Shown: positions 49,574-58,151 of the stretch, in pieces | How positions within the stretch are numbered: the first letter of the stretch is position 1 | Layout: every line of letters begins with the position of its first letter | The notes under the pieces: model-generated | Database searches by the model: none | What the model saw: the letters and a program-made list of their open reading frames with translations, nothing else | Told to the model about the DNA's origin: nothing | Origin: a virus | Taxonomy: Duplodnaviria > Caudoviricetes | Direction: 5' to 3' (one strand) | Virus record (IMG/VR): IMGVR_UViG_3300025543_000001 | Coordinates: 533-64,532 of that record | Length of the DNA: 64,000 nucleotides | Position numbers and translations under genes: made by a program

Positions 49574-50332
49574 TTATAATGTCTCTCTAATGATATACGA
49601 ACTCAAGTCATCGGTAGCGTTATCACCGAAGAATTGCTCGTATACCTCTAACGCCCTCTCTACCTTTTCCTCTCCGCCACGTACGAAGGCTTCGCTAGGC
49701 TCGTAGATACCCACCTGTGCGCTCTTCTTGTCGATGGCGTAGAACACCAATGGCTTACCGAATATATTCTGGTATATGTAACACTGGCTGTCGTAGTTGT
49801 ACTTCTTGGCTGAGAAGCGGAACTCCTTGATGTTACTCGTGGTCTTCAAGTCGATGATGCAGTCCTTGGATATGATATCGGCTTTACCCTTCCACCACAC
49901 ACCGTTAAACTGCTGAACGCCTGGCACCTCAAACACGTTATCGTTCAAGTATATCTGCTCATACAACTCGAAGTTGGTCATCATAACATTCACCAAGTAG
50001 TCCATCTCTTTCTTCTCTTTCTCGAGAAGCAAGACTTCCTTGCCGCTGTCTTCCACCGCACGCTTGTATACGTTTGTGTTGCGAGAGTAGCTATCGACGA
50101 ACTCCCAATCCCTTACCTTCTCAGGCTCTAGTATCGATTGGTGGAAGTACCTGCCCTTTGCGAACGCTTGGTTATCGGGTCGGCTGATGCGGAACTCACG
50201 AGGGTTGCTTAGCAGCGCACCTACATCGGAGTTGGAGATGAACTGCTTACCGAAGTCGCCATAGTAGTCACCGTCGTCACGCAAACGCTCGATAGCGTCA
50301 GCTATCTGTGCCTTGGTGAGTTTATTTAGCAT
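49574..50332 (-). CDS. PD-(D/E)XK exonuclease (RecE/DUF3799-like)
   Basis: ISNSD, GRYFH..ILEP, KGKADI...IIDLKTT, YDSQCYIY. Confidence 0.85.
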   Translation of the reverse strand: MLNKLTKAQIADAIERLRDDGDYYGDFGKQFISNSDVGALLSNPREFRISRPDNQAFAKGRYFHQSILEPEKVRDWEFVDSYSRNTNVYKRAVEDSGKEVLLLEKEKKEMDYLVNVMMTNFELYEQIYLNDNVFEVPGVQQFNGVWWKGKADIISKDCIIDLKTTSNIKEFRFSAKKYNYDSQCYIYQNIFGKPLVFYAIDKKSAQVGIYEPSEAFVRGGEEKVERALEVYEQFFGDNATDDLSSYIIRETL

Positions 50333-50915
50333 CTGCTATGGCCTTCTTAAAAGCCTTCTTCACAGAAGCTGTTACCTTATACTTCGAACCAATCTCCTCT
50401 ACGAGGGCATCTAATCCTTTGGCTTTATTAGCTACGATATACTTGAGTACCTTATCCCAGTTCTCATCATCTACGTCAAGCTTAAAAAGCTTCTTCTCCT
50501 TCGGCTCTTCATCTTGTGTCGGCTCCGACACAGTTTCCTCACCTGTCCATAAGCTCAACCCCAACCCGTGAAGCGCAATGGCCTTGACCGTAGAACGCAT
50601 AATGGTATCGTTGATATCGCGTGATGTAACCTTCTCGATGTTGATAGAGTTGTTGCGGTTATCCATCACAGGTAGGTAGTCGATATGCTCTAAGTCATTG
50701 ACCGTTACACCAACCTTTACGTAAGCAGTGCTTCCATCGGTGAAGTAGTTCATCCCTGTATGTTCGTGCTCATAGACCGTACGCTGTGCGTTGGGGTAGT
50801 GTGCTTTAAGGATGTTCCACGCGTGTGACCAAGGCAGGTAGTTGAGGTGACCTTTTTTCTTCACCTTATCTTTTACGCTTACTGCGCTGAGGGTTTTGTA
50901 TGAATTGTTTTCCAT
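50322..50915 (-). CDS. Single-strand annealing protein (Sak3/DUF1071-like)
   Basis: LNYLPWSHAW, YLPVMDNRN, INDTIMRSTVKAIALHGLGLSLWTGE. Confidence 0.85.
   Translation of the reverse strand: MENNSYKTLSAVSVKDKVKKKGHLNYLPWSHAWNILKAHYPNAQRTVYEHEHTGMNYFTDGSTAYVKVGVTVNDLEHIDYLPVMDNRNNSINIEKVTSRDINDTIMRSTVKAIALHGLGLSLWTGEETVSEPTQDEEPKEKKLFKLDVDDENWDKVLKYIVANKAKGLDALVEEIGSKYKVTASVKKAFKKAIADAK
50516..50531. repeat. GTGTCG-N4-CGACAC palindrome inside SSAP gene (codes within ETVSEPTQ)
   Basis: gtgtcggctccgacac. Confidence 0.9.
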
Positions 50916-51325
50916 AATTTTTGCTCTATTTTTTTGAGTTTAGTTTCAGTTAGTTTTAGTTGCGACTGCAAGGATGCAGTGTAACTCGGGCGGTCTTGAA
51001 AGTCGCAGTCTATCTTTTGTAACAAGACTTCTATTTTGTCTTTGTAGTTATCGATAGCGACTCTATACACACCGACGCGCCATCCATCCAGAGTAAACCT
51101 GTCGTACTGCGAGTCTGATATCTCATCGTAGTACTCTCCGTGACGCATCGTATTGTATATGGTGATAGTCCTACCCCTGTTGGAACGAACTATCTTCACT
51201 CCGTACAGAAGAAAACCTTCTGTATCATATCCATCTAGCCTGACCGAGTATTTATCACTCTCGGCAGAGCTGTATATATCATTAAGGTTATATGTTTTCA
51301 ACAAAACCTTTAATGAAGGGGTCAA
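50879..51325 (-). CDS. Hypothetical protein (start uncertain)
   Basis: Fills gap in minus-strand operon. Confidence 0.6.
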   Translation of the reverse strand: MTPSLKVLLKTYNLNDIYSSAESDKYSVRLDGYDTEGFLLYGVKIVRSNRGRTITIYNTMRHGEYYDEISDSQYDRFTLDGWRVGVYRVAIDNYKDKIEVLLQKIDCDFQDRPSYTASLQSQLKLTETKLKKIEQKLWKTIHTKPSAQ

Positions 51326-51578
51326 GCTCGCATAAGACCTTGGCTTTGGTTCTGCCGTATATAATGGTGGAATGGAGGGGCGATGAGCCTGTCCGCTCTT
51401 CTAAGAACCTCTGTATGTAAGAGATGGGAATGTCCTTCTTATCACATACCAAGTAGAATATTTGCCGAGGCTCACTACTCACGCGCTTCTTACTCATACT
51501 TAAAGGCACGTCTTCTTCTACACCGAATTGCTTACATACCTCTTCAAGGTACTCAGGCATCTTACTATGATTTAACAT
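51288..51578 (-). CDS. Second DnaA domain IV-like HTH protein
   Basis: EEVCKQFGV...SKKR..SEPRQIFYLVC...HSTIIYG. Confidence 0.65.
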   Translation of the reverse strand: MLNHSKMPEYLEEVCKQFGVEEDVPLSMSKKRVSSEPRQIFYLVCDKKDIPISYIQRFLEERTGSSPLHSTIIYGRTKAKVLCELDPFIKGFVENI

Positions 51579-51642
51579 CAGATTTATTGGATTTTATTAT
51601 TGATTAAAGATAAGGAATGAACGCGTATTAAACAAGTATTAG

Positions 51643-51777
51643 CTACTTTTTCTTTGGCTCATATCCTCTCTTATCGTTGCCCCATTCGTATATATAACGC
51701 GCCCATTCATTGAGGTCTTTGGTGGGGCTTACGTGTACGGTGGATTTAACTCTTGGTTTAGGCTTTGACAAATTCAT
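51643..51777 (-). CDS. Small hypothetical protein (44 aa, not in ORF track)
   Basis: MNLSKPKPRVKSTVHVSPTKDLNEWARYIYEWGNDKRGYEPKKK, hand-translated. Confidence 0.45.
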   Translation of the reverse strand: MNLSKPKPRVKSTVHVSPTKDLNEWARYIYEWGNDKRGYEPKKK

Positions 51778-52825
51778 TGATGAGCTTTACGTTATACATA
51801 TCGCTTATCTCTTGAGCCGCAGTCAGATAGCGGGTTGCCGCTTCATCCAACTTGCCCTGCTCTTCTTCTAAGCGTACAGCCAAGTTAGCAACAGATGAAG
51901 TAAGCCTTATTGTGGCATTATAAAAGTTGGCAGAATCCTCTAGTTTATCAAGAAGCCCCTCAGCCTCTTTGTACGGTATGTTGTTTACCACCACGTCAGC
52001 ATCACCCCTGTTGGGAGACAGCTTCAATCTCTCTTCCTCATTGATGTCTACAAAGAATCTGCGGTATCGCTTTCCTTTGTACTTATACACACCATACTTG
52101 CGCGGGGCGGGGCGTTCATATGAATCTATGAAATCATTGAGAACTTTGTCGCTCAGACGTCTCATCAAGTAGTCCCTTTGGCATAGAGACAACAGGTCAT
52201 CGATGCCTCGGTGACAAGCAGTCTCCAAGAACTTCTCTAGATTAGAGTAAGCCTTCTCTAGTTCTTCAGGCAAACTGTGAGCCGCCTCTATCAATGATGA
52301 GAAGCAGGTCGTGTACCTGTCCTCGCCATCACACACAATAAAGCATTCGTATGAGCCGTACCTATCCTTCTTCAGGTAGTAAGTATCTGCCTGAATAAAA
52401 TTATAACCCAAGAGAGGTGAGTCATCACCTATGGTGTAGTGCTTGGTCTCCTTGTCATAACTGAAGTAATCGCCACGCTTGAACCCCTTGCGTTCCTTTC
52501 GTATGGTATCTGCTATTCGGTAAAGTTCATTGCGGAAAGCAACACGTATGTCAGCCTTGTACTTGTACTCTATTTCAAAGTTGAACTCGTGCTTTTCCTG
52601 CGAGGTGAAGTCCATCAAGAAGGGAGGGTTGTCGCTAAATAAATCATATGACGCACTGCGGGCGCGGGAGTCAACATCATTATCCGACATCACCTCGTAC
52701 TGCGTATACGGAGCAGGGTAGTGGTCTTCTATGTAGTTCTTCACGTATGTCTGAAGTCCGACCAAGTTCTTGTTGGTCTTTTCACCACCTCTGAAGTGGT
52801 TTTCTATCTGTTCTTGTCTAGTCAT
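51758..52825 (-). CDS. Hypothetical early protein
   Basis: Long ORF; likely start MTRQ at 52825 (track start 52855 is a GTG inside the palindrome). Confidence 0.7.
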   Translation of the reverse strand: MTRQEQIENHFRGGEKTNKNLVGLQTYVKNYIEDHYPAPYTQYEVMSDNDVDSRARSASYDLFSDNPPFLMDFTSQEKHEFNFEIEYKYKADIRVAFRNELYRIADTIRKERKGFKRGDYFSYDKETKHYTIGDDSPLLGYNFIQADTYYLKKDRYGSYECFIVCDGEDRYTTCFSSLIEAAHSLPEELEKAYSNLEKFLETACHRGIDDLLSLCQRDYLMRRLSDKVLNDFIDSYERPAPRKYGVYKYKGKRYRRFFVDINEEERLKLSPNRGDADVVVNNIPYKEAEGLLDKLEDSANFYNATIRLTSSVANLAVRLEEEQGKLDEAATRYLTAAQEISDMYNVKLINEFVKA

Positions 52826-52854
52826 TTGATTAGATTTTTGTGTCGAGTCCGACA

Positions 52855-53289
52855 CTATTTATTAAATACCGAATCTATGGGGTCTACGTCGATAGCGTAG
52901 ACAGAACGCCCTTTCGTAATGATTAGGTCGTGCATCGTGTTGTCCATATCACTGCCGTTCTCGTCTGTCCAATAAGGCTCTACCCTTGGGTTGTAGTGTA
53001 ATCTCCTGTCCATAAAGGTGAGCTGCACTATGGCGGGGGAGAACTCCAAACGCTCGCACTCTATCCAAGCGCAGACTGATTTGTTTGCACCTCCATTTAT
53101 CTTGGTGGCTGTGCCTTTCTGATTGCGTAACCGACAACCGAACATAGCGAGCGTACCTTCGTCAGGGTCTAAGTAATCGACTTTGTTTTCTACTTTGTCT
53201 CCGCCATAGGCTGGAGTGCTCATCACCTGAGTGACCTGCCACTTCATAAAGTTCTGCCCAGGAGCTAGATGGAATCGTATCTTATACAT
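52855..53289 (-). CDS. Hypothetical early protein
   Basis: 144 aa; YKIRFHL..G..FMKWQ and KSVCAWIECE motifs. Confidence 0.75.
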   Translation of the reverse strand: MYKIRFHLAPGQNFMKWQVTQVMSTPAYGGDKVENKVDYLDPDEGTLAMFGCRLRNQKGTATKINGGANKSVCAWIECERLEFSPAIVQLTFMDRRLHYNPRVEPYWTDENGSDMDNTMHDLIITKGRSVYAIDVDPIDSVFNK

Positions 53290-53851
53290 TGACTTCTTCT
53301 TTTGATTTACGAATTTCTCTCGCTTTCTTAGTTAACCTCCTAGTCATAGACTGAGGGGCGTATACACTATACATATCAGAGTTCATTACCTCAAGTGCTT
53401 TTTCGTGCGCTGACCTATGCCACAACCAAACGGCTGTATTGCTTACCAAAAGGCACACAGCACCCACGTCTTTGATGACCTCAACGTTGTTGTCCACAAA
53501 GCTGTAACCCATTTTGTGCAGAGCAAATGCCCAGTGGATATTTTGTTTTTTACATCGCTCAAGGAACTCAAGCCTATGATTCCATATCGTATCATTCCTA
53601 TCAGAAGGATGCTCGTCCTTCATATGAGCGTATGTCTTTTGGTAGAAGTTCAATACGTTTTTGTACTCTTCATCGGGTATGTGTGAGGCAAGCATAAATG
53701 ACTCAAGGCTATCCCTTAGTTCTTCTCTTTTCAATTCATCGAACTCTTGTTGAGATACTCCCATTGATATCATCTTACCCTCTAAGTTGGATGCAAGAAT
53801 CATATCCTTGGAATCTATCAGCGTTTGGGTTGTAGGAATCCACTCCATCAC
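53282..53851 (-). CDS. Hypothetical early protein
   Basis: 189 aa, overlapping neighbours. Confidence 0.7.
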   Translation of the reverse strand: MMEWIPTTQTLIDSKDMILASNLEGKMISMGVSQQEFDELKREELRDSLESFMLASHIPDEEYKNVLNFYQKTYAHMKDEHPSDRNDTIWNHRLEFLERCKKQNIHWAFALHKMGYSFVDNNVEVIKDVGAVCLLVSNTAVWLWHRSAHEKALEVMNSDMYSVYAPQSMTRRLTKKAREIRKSKEEVNV

Positions 53852-54078
53852 TCAGGGAGGTTATCGAAGTTTTTCTCCTCTAAGTTGCGATGCTCCAAGC
53901 GGAAGTCCTTGTTCATCATACAAGCCGCCCTCTTGAGTTCGTAGTTGAGCATCCTACCCGCTGAATCCATAAGCTTGGCTTGTGCCGAAGCCTTGAATAC
54001 ATCAATCTCGTCTTTGTCTAGTTGCTCCATCGTCTTGGTGAGCAGAGCGAACATACTCTTCGTGTTTACTGGTTTCAT
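53848..54078 (-). CDS. Hypothetical early protein
   Basis: 76 aa, coupled. Confidence 0.7.
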   Translation of the reverse strand: MKPVNTKSMFALLTKTMEQLDKDEIDVFKASAQAKLMDSAGRMLNYELKRAACMMNKDFRLEHRNLEEKNFDNLPE

Positions 54079-54305
54079 TATTTTATGTTTAAGAATTTTA
54101 TCATATCCTGTTCCGTCTTGATTGTAGACTTATCCCATCTAGATGTGTCTCCATCAAGCCATTCACTATACATCTCATCTACCTCGTACCCATCGCTGTC
54201 CATAAGTATGGGCGCGAACATACCGCGCGTGTACCACTCGTTCACTATCGCCCATACCTGAGTCTCGGATAGGTTCATATCCTTGATGATGCTTTCATTA
54301 TCCAT
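54078..54305 (-). CDS. Hypothetical early protein
   Basis: Likely start MDNESII at 54305. Confidence 0.65.
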   Translation of the reverse strand: MDNESIIKDMNLSETQVWAIVNEWYTRGMFAPILMDSDGYEVDEMYSEWLDGDTSRWDKSTIKTEQDMIKFLNIK

Positions 54306-54846
54306 TTCTTCCGTCTTTAGGGGTGTCACGCTCATACTTTCGCATCACCTCATCTACCAACGCATCCGCGTCTAGGTATTGGTCGAGTTGGATGGTAATC
54401 GTACCGCTCAAGCATAGGTCACCGACTGACTCGTCTACCTCGTGCTCGATATCATCCGTGTTCAGCATCTCTGTCTTGACATACTCCAACGCGTGACAGA
54501 ACCCCGCGAAGAACGCTTCGTCTATGGCTTTTGTGTCGGGCTCGACACTCTCTACGCTCAAGCCCTCGATATACGCTACGACTGCCCTATACGTACCTTC
54601 GATATTGCCATCGGTTAGGTGCATAGTTATGTCTCCAATGTGCTCACCTTCCGCGCCTGAGTCGTAGCACCTCTGCACCACAGGCATCAGCCAATCCCAC
54701 GAGGTGTGGTACTTGAACTCTTCAGCGTGTATCATACCTACAGAGCCGTCCTCGTTTTCTACCCTGAAGTCGGTGTTGTACACTTGGTGTCGGGACTTGC
54801 CCATAAAGTCTGCAATCAGCCCGTTGTTGTCGAATGTGTGGTTCAT
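54298..54846 (-). CDS. Hypothetical early protein
   Basis: KYHTSWDWLMPVV motif; likely start MNHTF at 54846. Confidence 0.7.
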   Translation of the reverse strand: MNHTFDNNGLIADFMGKSRHQVYNTDFRVENEDGSVGMIHAEEFKYHTSWDWLMPVVQRCYDSGAEGEHIGDITMHLTDGNIEGTYRAVVAYIEGLSVESVEPDTKAIDEAFFAGFCHALEYVKTEMLNTDDIEHEVDESVGDLCLSGTITIQLDQYLDADALVDEVMRKYERDTPKDGRNG

Positions 54847-55064
54847 AATAGTCCTGCGTTTATTGTTATCGTACAAGGTCTCGTGCGCACTATCTCAAGT
54901 GCGCTGTGTAAATTATAATACAAGGTGCGTGGGTCATTGTCGTGCTCTTCTTCGCTGACGTCATCCCATATAGACCACACCAAGTCTGCGCGTCCGTCCT
55001 TGCGCCTCTTCACAGCGTAGTACTCATCACCACGCTCAAATGGATATACTTTCTTTGGTCTCAT
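54843..55064 (-). CDS. Hypothetical early protein
   Basis: 73 aa, ATGA overlaps at both ends. Confidence 0.7.
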   Translation of the reverse strand: MRPKKVYPFERGDEYYAVKRRKDGRADLVWSIWDDVSEEEHDNDPRTLYYNLHSALEIVRTRPCTITINAGLL

Positions 55065-55282
55065 TGCTCTACTGATTTAAATGACCCTGATTCAATCATA
55101 TGGGTTATGGTGTCCTGAATCTGCTCATTAATGAGTTGCATTAAGTACTCGTTATCCTCGAACGTAGCGTTAAGAACACGCTTCATATCTTCATCCGATA
55201 ATTTGTACCCCATCTCAGACGCAATCTGAGAAACGTCATCCGTAGACCAAATCAATTCAGACCCTCTATATTCCTTGCTCAT
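55061..55282 (-). CDS. Hypothetical early protein flanked by 19-bp direct repeats
   Basis: 73 aa; CTCATTGCTCTACTGATTT at 55060 and 55278. Confidence 0.7.
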   Translation of the reverse strand: MSKEYRGSELIWSTDDVSQIASEMGYKLSDEDMKRVLNATFEDNEYLMQLINEQIQDTITHMIESGSFKSVEQ

Positions 55283-55620
55283 TGCTCTACTGATTTTTGT
55301 GTCGGAGCCGACACGATTCTGTTCTTTGCCACTCGCTTCTTTTCTTGCTTGATGCGCGTACTGAAGTCAGTGGTCAGTAATACGTGGTCATCTGTGTTCG
55401 CCATACCTAACGACTCTATCTGTATCGGGTCAGGCAAGTTCAAGAGGTGAGCCACAGCTATCTCCCAAGGGGAGCTGTACTCGTGGTCGTAAGGGATGTA
55501 CACTTTCTCTTCGAATCGTAGGTCTATGATTCGGACGCGTGAACCTTTGAAGTTCGTCGCTGGCATATACTTCACGCTGAACGCGCGGTATCGCTTGATG
55601 TTGTCGAAGTAGTTCTTCAT
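55279..55620 (-). CDS. Hypothetical early protein
   Basis: 113 aa; VKYMPATNFKGSRVRI motif. Confidence 0.75.
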   Translation of the reverse strand: MKNYFDNIKRYRAFSVKYMPATNFKGSRVRIIDLRFEEKVYIPYDHEYSSPWEIAVAHLLNLPDPIQIESLGMANTDDHVLLTTDFSTRIKQEKKRVAKNRIVSAPTQKSVEQ

Positions 55621-55772
55621 AATCGTGGCAAAAAATGTTCGTCATCTCGTAGCATACCGAACACATCGTGTACGATATCCTGTGCATTGATAGGATTGTT
55701 TTCTCGCGACATCATTTGGACGCGCTCTGCCCAGTCCATTACGGCAGTGAAGGTTTGCTCGGTCATTTTCAT
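55617..55772 (-). CDS. Small hypothetical early protein
   Basis: Likely start MKMTEQ at 55772; ends DEHFLPRL. Confidence 0.6.
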   Translation of the reverse strand: MKMTEQTFTAVMDWAERVQMMSRENNPINAQDIVHDVFGMLRDDEHFLPRL

Positions 55773-55780
55773 TTGGTGGG

Positions 55781-55909
55781 CTATTGGTACGCAGGGCACG
55801 TTGGATAGGTGCGCTGTGCGTGGTGAGGGGTTGAACAAGAACAGCAGTGGATGCTGATGGCAATCAAAGCCAAGATGGCGATTGCTTCTAAGAATGATTT
55901 TTTTGTCAT
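55781..55909 (-). CDS. Small putative lipoprotein (42 aa, not in ORF track)
   Basis: MTKKSFLEAIAILALIAISIHCCSCSTPHHAQRTYPTCPAYQ: basic N-terminus, hydrophobic stretch, Cys. Confidence 0.55.
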   Translation of the reverse strand: MTKKSFLEAIAILALIAISIHCCSCSTPHHAQRTYPTCPAYQ

Positions 55910-55969
55910 ATCATTTGATTTTTGTGTCGGCTCCGACACGATTAAGTGCCGAAGCCACACTGATTTAAT

Positions 55970-56299
55970 TCACAGATTGTCTTTCACTCCATTCTCAACC
56001 AACTTAGCCACGATGTAGTCAGGCAACTCAAAGCACCCATCGTACCCGTTCAGCCAAGGCTGACCCGTCTCAGCATCCCACGTTATCTCAAGCACTCCGC
56101 CCGCGTAGAAGTCACCTCCCCCCGTCTCCTCGTCATACGTCTCGTACCACCCACCATACGTATGGTCAGGGTCGATGCCTATCTGTACGCTCATCACCAC
56201 GTCGGTGCTCTCTCTCAACACAGAGTCGTATGCTGTCTGCATACTGACATACGGAAGTGTCTCCTTCCAATCGATTATTAGTTTTTCTTCTTTCATCAT
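55970..56299 (-). CDS. Hypothetical early protein
   Basis: 109 aa acidic; GYDGCFELP motif. Confidence 0.75.
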   Translation of the reverse strand: MMKEEKLIIDWKETLPYVSMQTAYDSVLRESTDVVMSVQIGIDPDHTYGGWYETYDEETGGGDFYAGGVLEITWDAETGQPWLNGYDGCFELPDYIVAKLVENGVKDNL

Positions 56300-56476
56300 A
56301 ATAGCTGTATTTAATTCCCTTTCGATTTATATGTAAATATAGTTCAATTAATCCTTAATTCCTAATTATTTCTGTCTTTTCTTTTGTGTCGAATCCGACA
56401 CTTTGCACATCTTGGGCACAATTCCGCCATTTTGGCGGATTGCCCATAATGGGCATTTTTCGCCCCAAATGGGCAG

Positions 56477-56782
56477 TCAGAACCACCCACCATCATCGCG
56501 CCTGTCGTAGTCATCATCACCATACTCCGACTCCGACTGCTTTCTCTCGAACCAACGCAACACCAAATCCTCCGCCACGCCCACATCCTGCGCTATCTCA
56601 AGCGCGGTATCTTCCTCCTCGTCCGCGTCCATCCACAGCACCTCGCGCTCGTCATAAGCCAAGCAAGGCACAACACCCTGACCCTTCGCCCATCGCTCTA
56701 TCTCAGACACAGGCAACGGCAACTCCCTCTGCTCAGTCTGCCAACCCTCGCCCCTATATAGCTTCGCATATACTATCCACAT
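56477..56782 (-). CDS. Acidic hypothetical early protein
   Basis: Likely start MWIVY at 56782. Confidence 0.65.
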   Translation of the reverse strand: MWIVYAKLYRGEGWQTEQRELPLPVSEIERWAKGQGVVPCLAYDEREVLWMDADEEEDTALEIAQDVGVAEDLVLRWFERKQSESEYGDDDYDRRDDGGWF

Positions 56783-56827
56783 CGTCAATTGGTTTTTTGT
56801 GTCGACCCCGACACAGGTTTAAATTAG

Positions 56828-56875
56828 AAGGGTGCAAGACCTCGCGACCTTGTGACGCTCACTTGAGCCACCCTT
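56828..56875 (-). ncRNA. Structured intergenic RNA element (tRNA-top-half-like), copy 2
   Basis: AAGGGTG/CACCCTT stem enclosing GCTCA/TGAGC hairpin and CAAGG/TCTTG arm. Confidence 0.4.
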
Positions 56876-56881
56876 GGGGAA

Positions 56882-57217
56882 TCAGTCTGCCAAGAACACG
56901 TCCAACAGCGCGTCCTTGTTGACCTCGTCCTGTCTGTAGCTCAGATTGCTCGCTTTGTTGTACTTATCCCAATACCACCGAGTGAATGGCTCCAACTCCT
57001 CCACGCCCCAAACCCTGATGGTGTGCCGCGACCCGTCCTCAGCAATGCCAACCAGATACAACACGCAATCGATGCGAGTGAGTGAGTGCCTCGACAACTG
57101 CAACCGATGCTCCAAGCGGAACGAGTTGCCATCACGCTCCAACAGCAAGTCCTTGTGGTCTAACCCCACCACAGCCATCTTGTCCAAACGCCCTAAGAAA
57201 TCATTGATAGTCTCCAT
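56882..57217 (-). CDS. Hypothetical early protein
   Basis: 111 aa between two repeated intergenic modules. Confidence 0.7.
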   Translation of the reverse strand: METINDFLGRLDKMAVVGLDHKDLLLERDGNSFRLEHRLQLSRHSLTRIDCVLYLVGIAEDGSRHTIRVWGVEELEPFTRWYWDKYNKASNLSYRQDEVNKDALLDVFLAD

Positions 57218-57262
57218 AACTCAAATAGATTTTGTGTCGACTCCGACACTGATTAAAATTAG

Positions 57263-57308
57263 AAGGGGAGGAGGGGGTCGAACCCTCCGAAGCACCAAGC
57301 CTCCCCTT
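57263..57308 (-). ncRNA. Structured intergenic RNA element (acceptor-like stem plus T-arm), copy 1
   Basis: AAGGGGAG...GAGGG-TTCGACC-CCCTC-CTCCCCTT on minus strand. Confidence 0.5.
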
Positions 57309-57314
57309 GAAGGC

Positions 57315-58151
57315 TTACGCCTCGACAGCGGGTGCCAACACCGCCTCAAACTCATCGGGGGTCAGACAGATAAAGCCTAAGCCCGTCGCTACCTTCGCAA
57401 ACATCGCCTTTAGCAACTGCTCATTGCCGTTGAATCTGATGGTCTTGCCGTCATCATCGCTATGGATGGAGCCGCCATCGGTGACGATGAATTGAGCAGC
57501 TACCTTGTTAAGTTCCTCATCGGTAAACTCCAAAGCCTCGTCACCCTCAGCCTCGCCCTCAGACTCAGCAACTGCCGCCTCCTTCACCGGGACAGCCGCC
57601 TCGGGCTTCTCCGCATTCATCCAAGCGTTGTACGCGTCAACGTCCAAAGCGCACTTCTCATCCAAGGCAAGCATCGCCTCACGATACACAATGAACTGCT
57701 CACCCGAGTCAGCGTCCCCAATCAGGAACTTGCCCGCCTTGGCGTGGCGGTAGAAGTAAGAGCGACCCATACCGACCGCCTCCCACAGACGTTTCTTCTC
57801 GTCCTCCATCTTGCTTCCGTTAGCCTTGATGAATGCCTTAAACTCAGGAGCACTGAACGCCTCCAAGCGAGCCGAGAGCAACGTGCCAAGCTTCAGCGAC
57901 TTGGTGAACACGTCTACCGAGCCTTTGTCGATGCTCTGCTTCAACTTGACAATCGGAGCAGTTGCCCTCAACGCCTTCAACGTAGCCTTGACCTCAGCAG
58001 ATTGTGTCGGAGCCGACACAGACTGAGCGTTTGACTTGACCTCCTTTGCAACCTTTGCGGTGGTTGCGACCTTGTTGTTTTGCTTTTTCACGGCAGTATT
58101 AGATTTGTGGGGTTTCCCCTTGGTTTGAATTCTTGTGCAATATACTATCAA
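57315..58151 (-). CDS. First gene of the early arm, hypothetical (start uncertain)
   Basis: 278 aa; basic N-terminus, acidic C-terminus; GMGRSYFYR segment may be an HTH recognition helix. Confidence 0.7.
   Translation of the reverse strand: MIVYCTRIQTKGKPHKSNTAVKKQNNKVATTAKVAKEVKSNAQSVSAPTQSAEVKATLKALRATAPIVKLKQSIDKGSVDVFTKSLKLGTLLSARLEAFSAPEFKAFIKANGSKMEDEKKRLWEAVGMGRSYFYRHAKAGKFLIGDADSGEQFIVYREAMLALDEKCALDVDAYNAWMNAEKPEAAVPVKEAAVAESEGEAEGDEALEFTDEELNKVAAQFIVTDGGSIHSDDDGKTIRFNGNEQLLKAMFAKVATGLGFICLTPDEFEAVLAPAVEA

Noticed and set aside
57263-57308. Bona fide tRNA gene
   Set aside because: Only 46 nt; has T-arm and acceptor-like stem but no anticodon arm and no CCA
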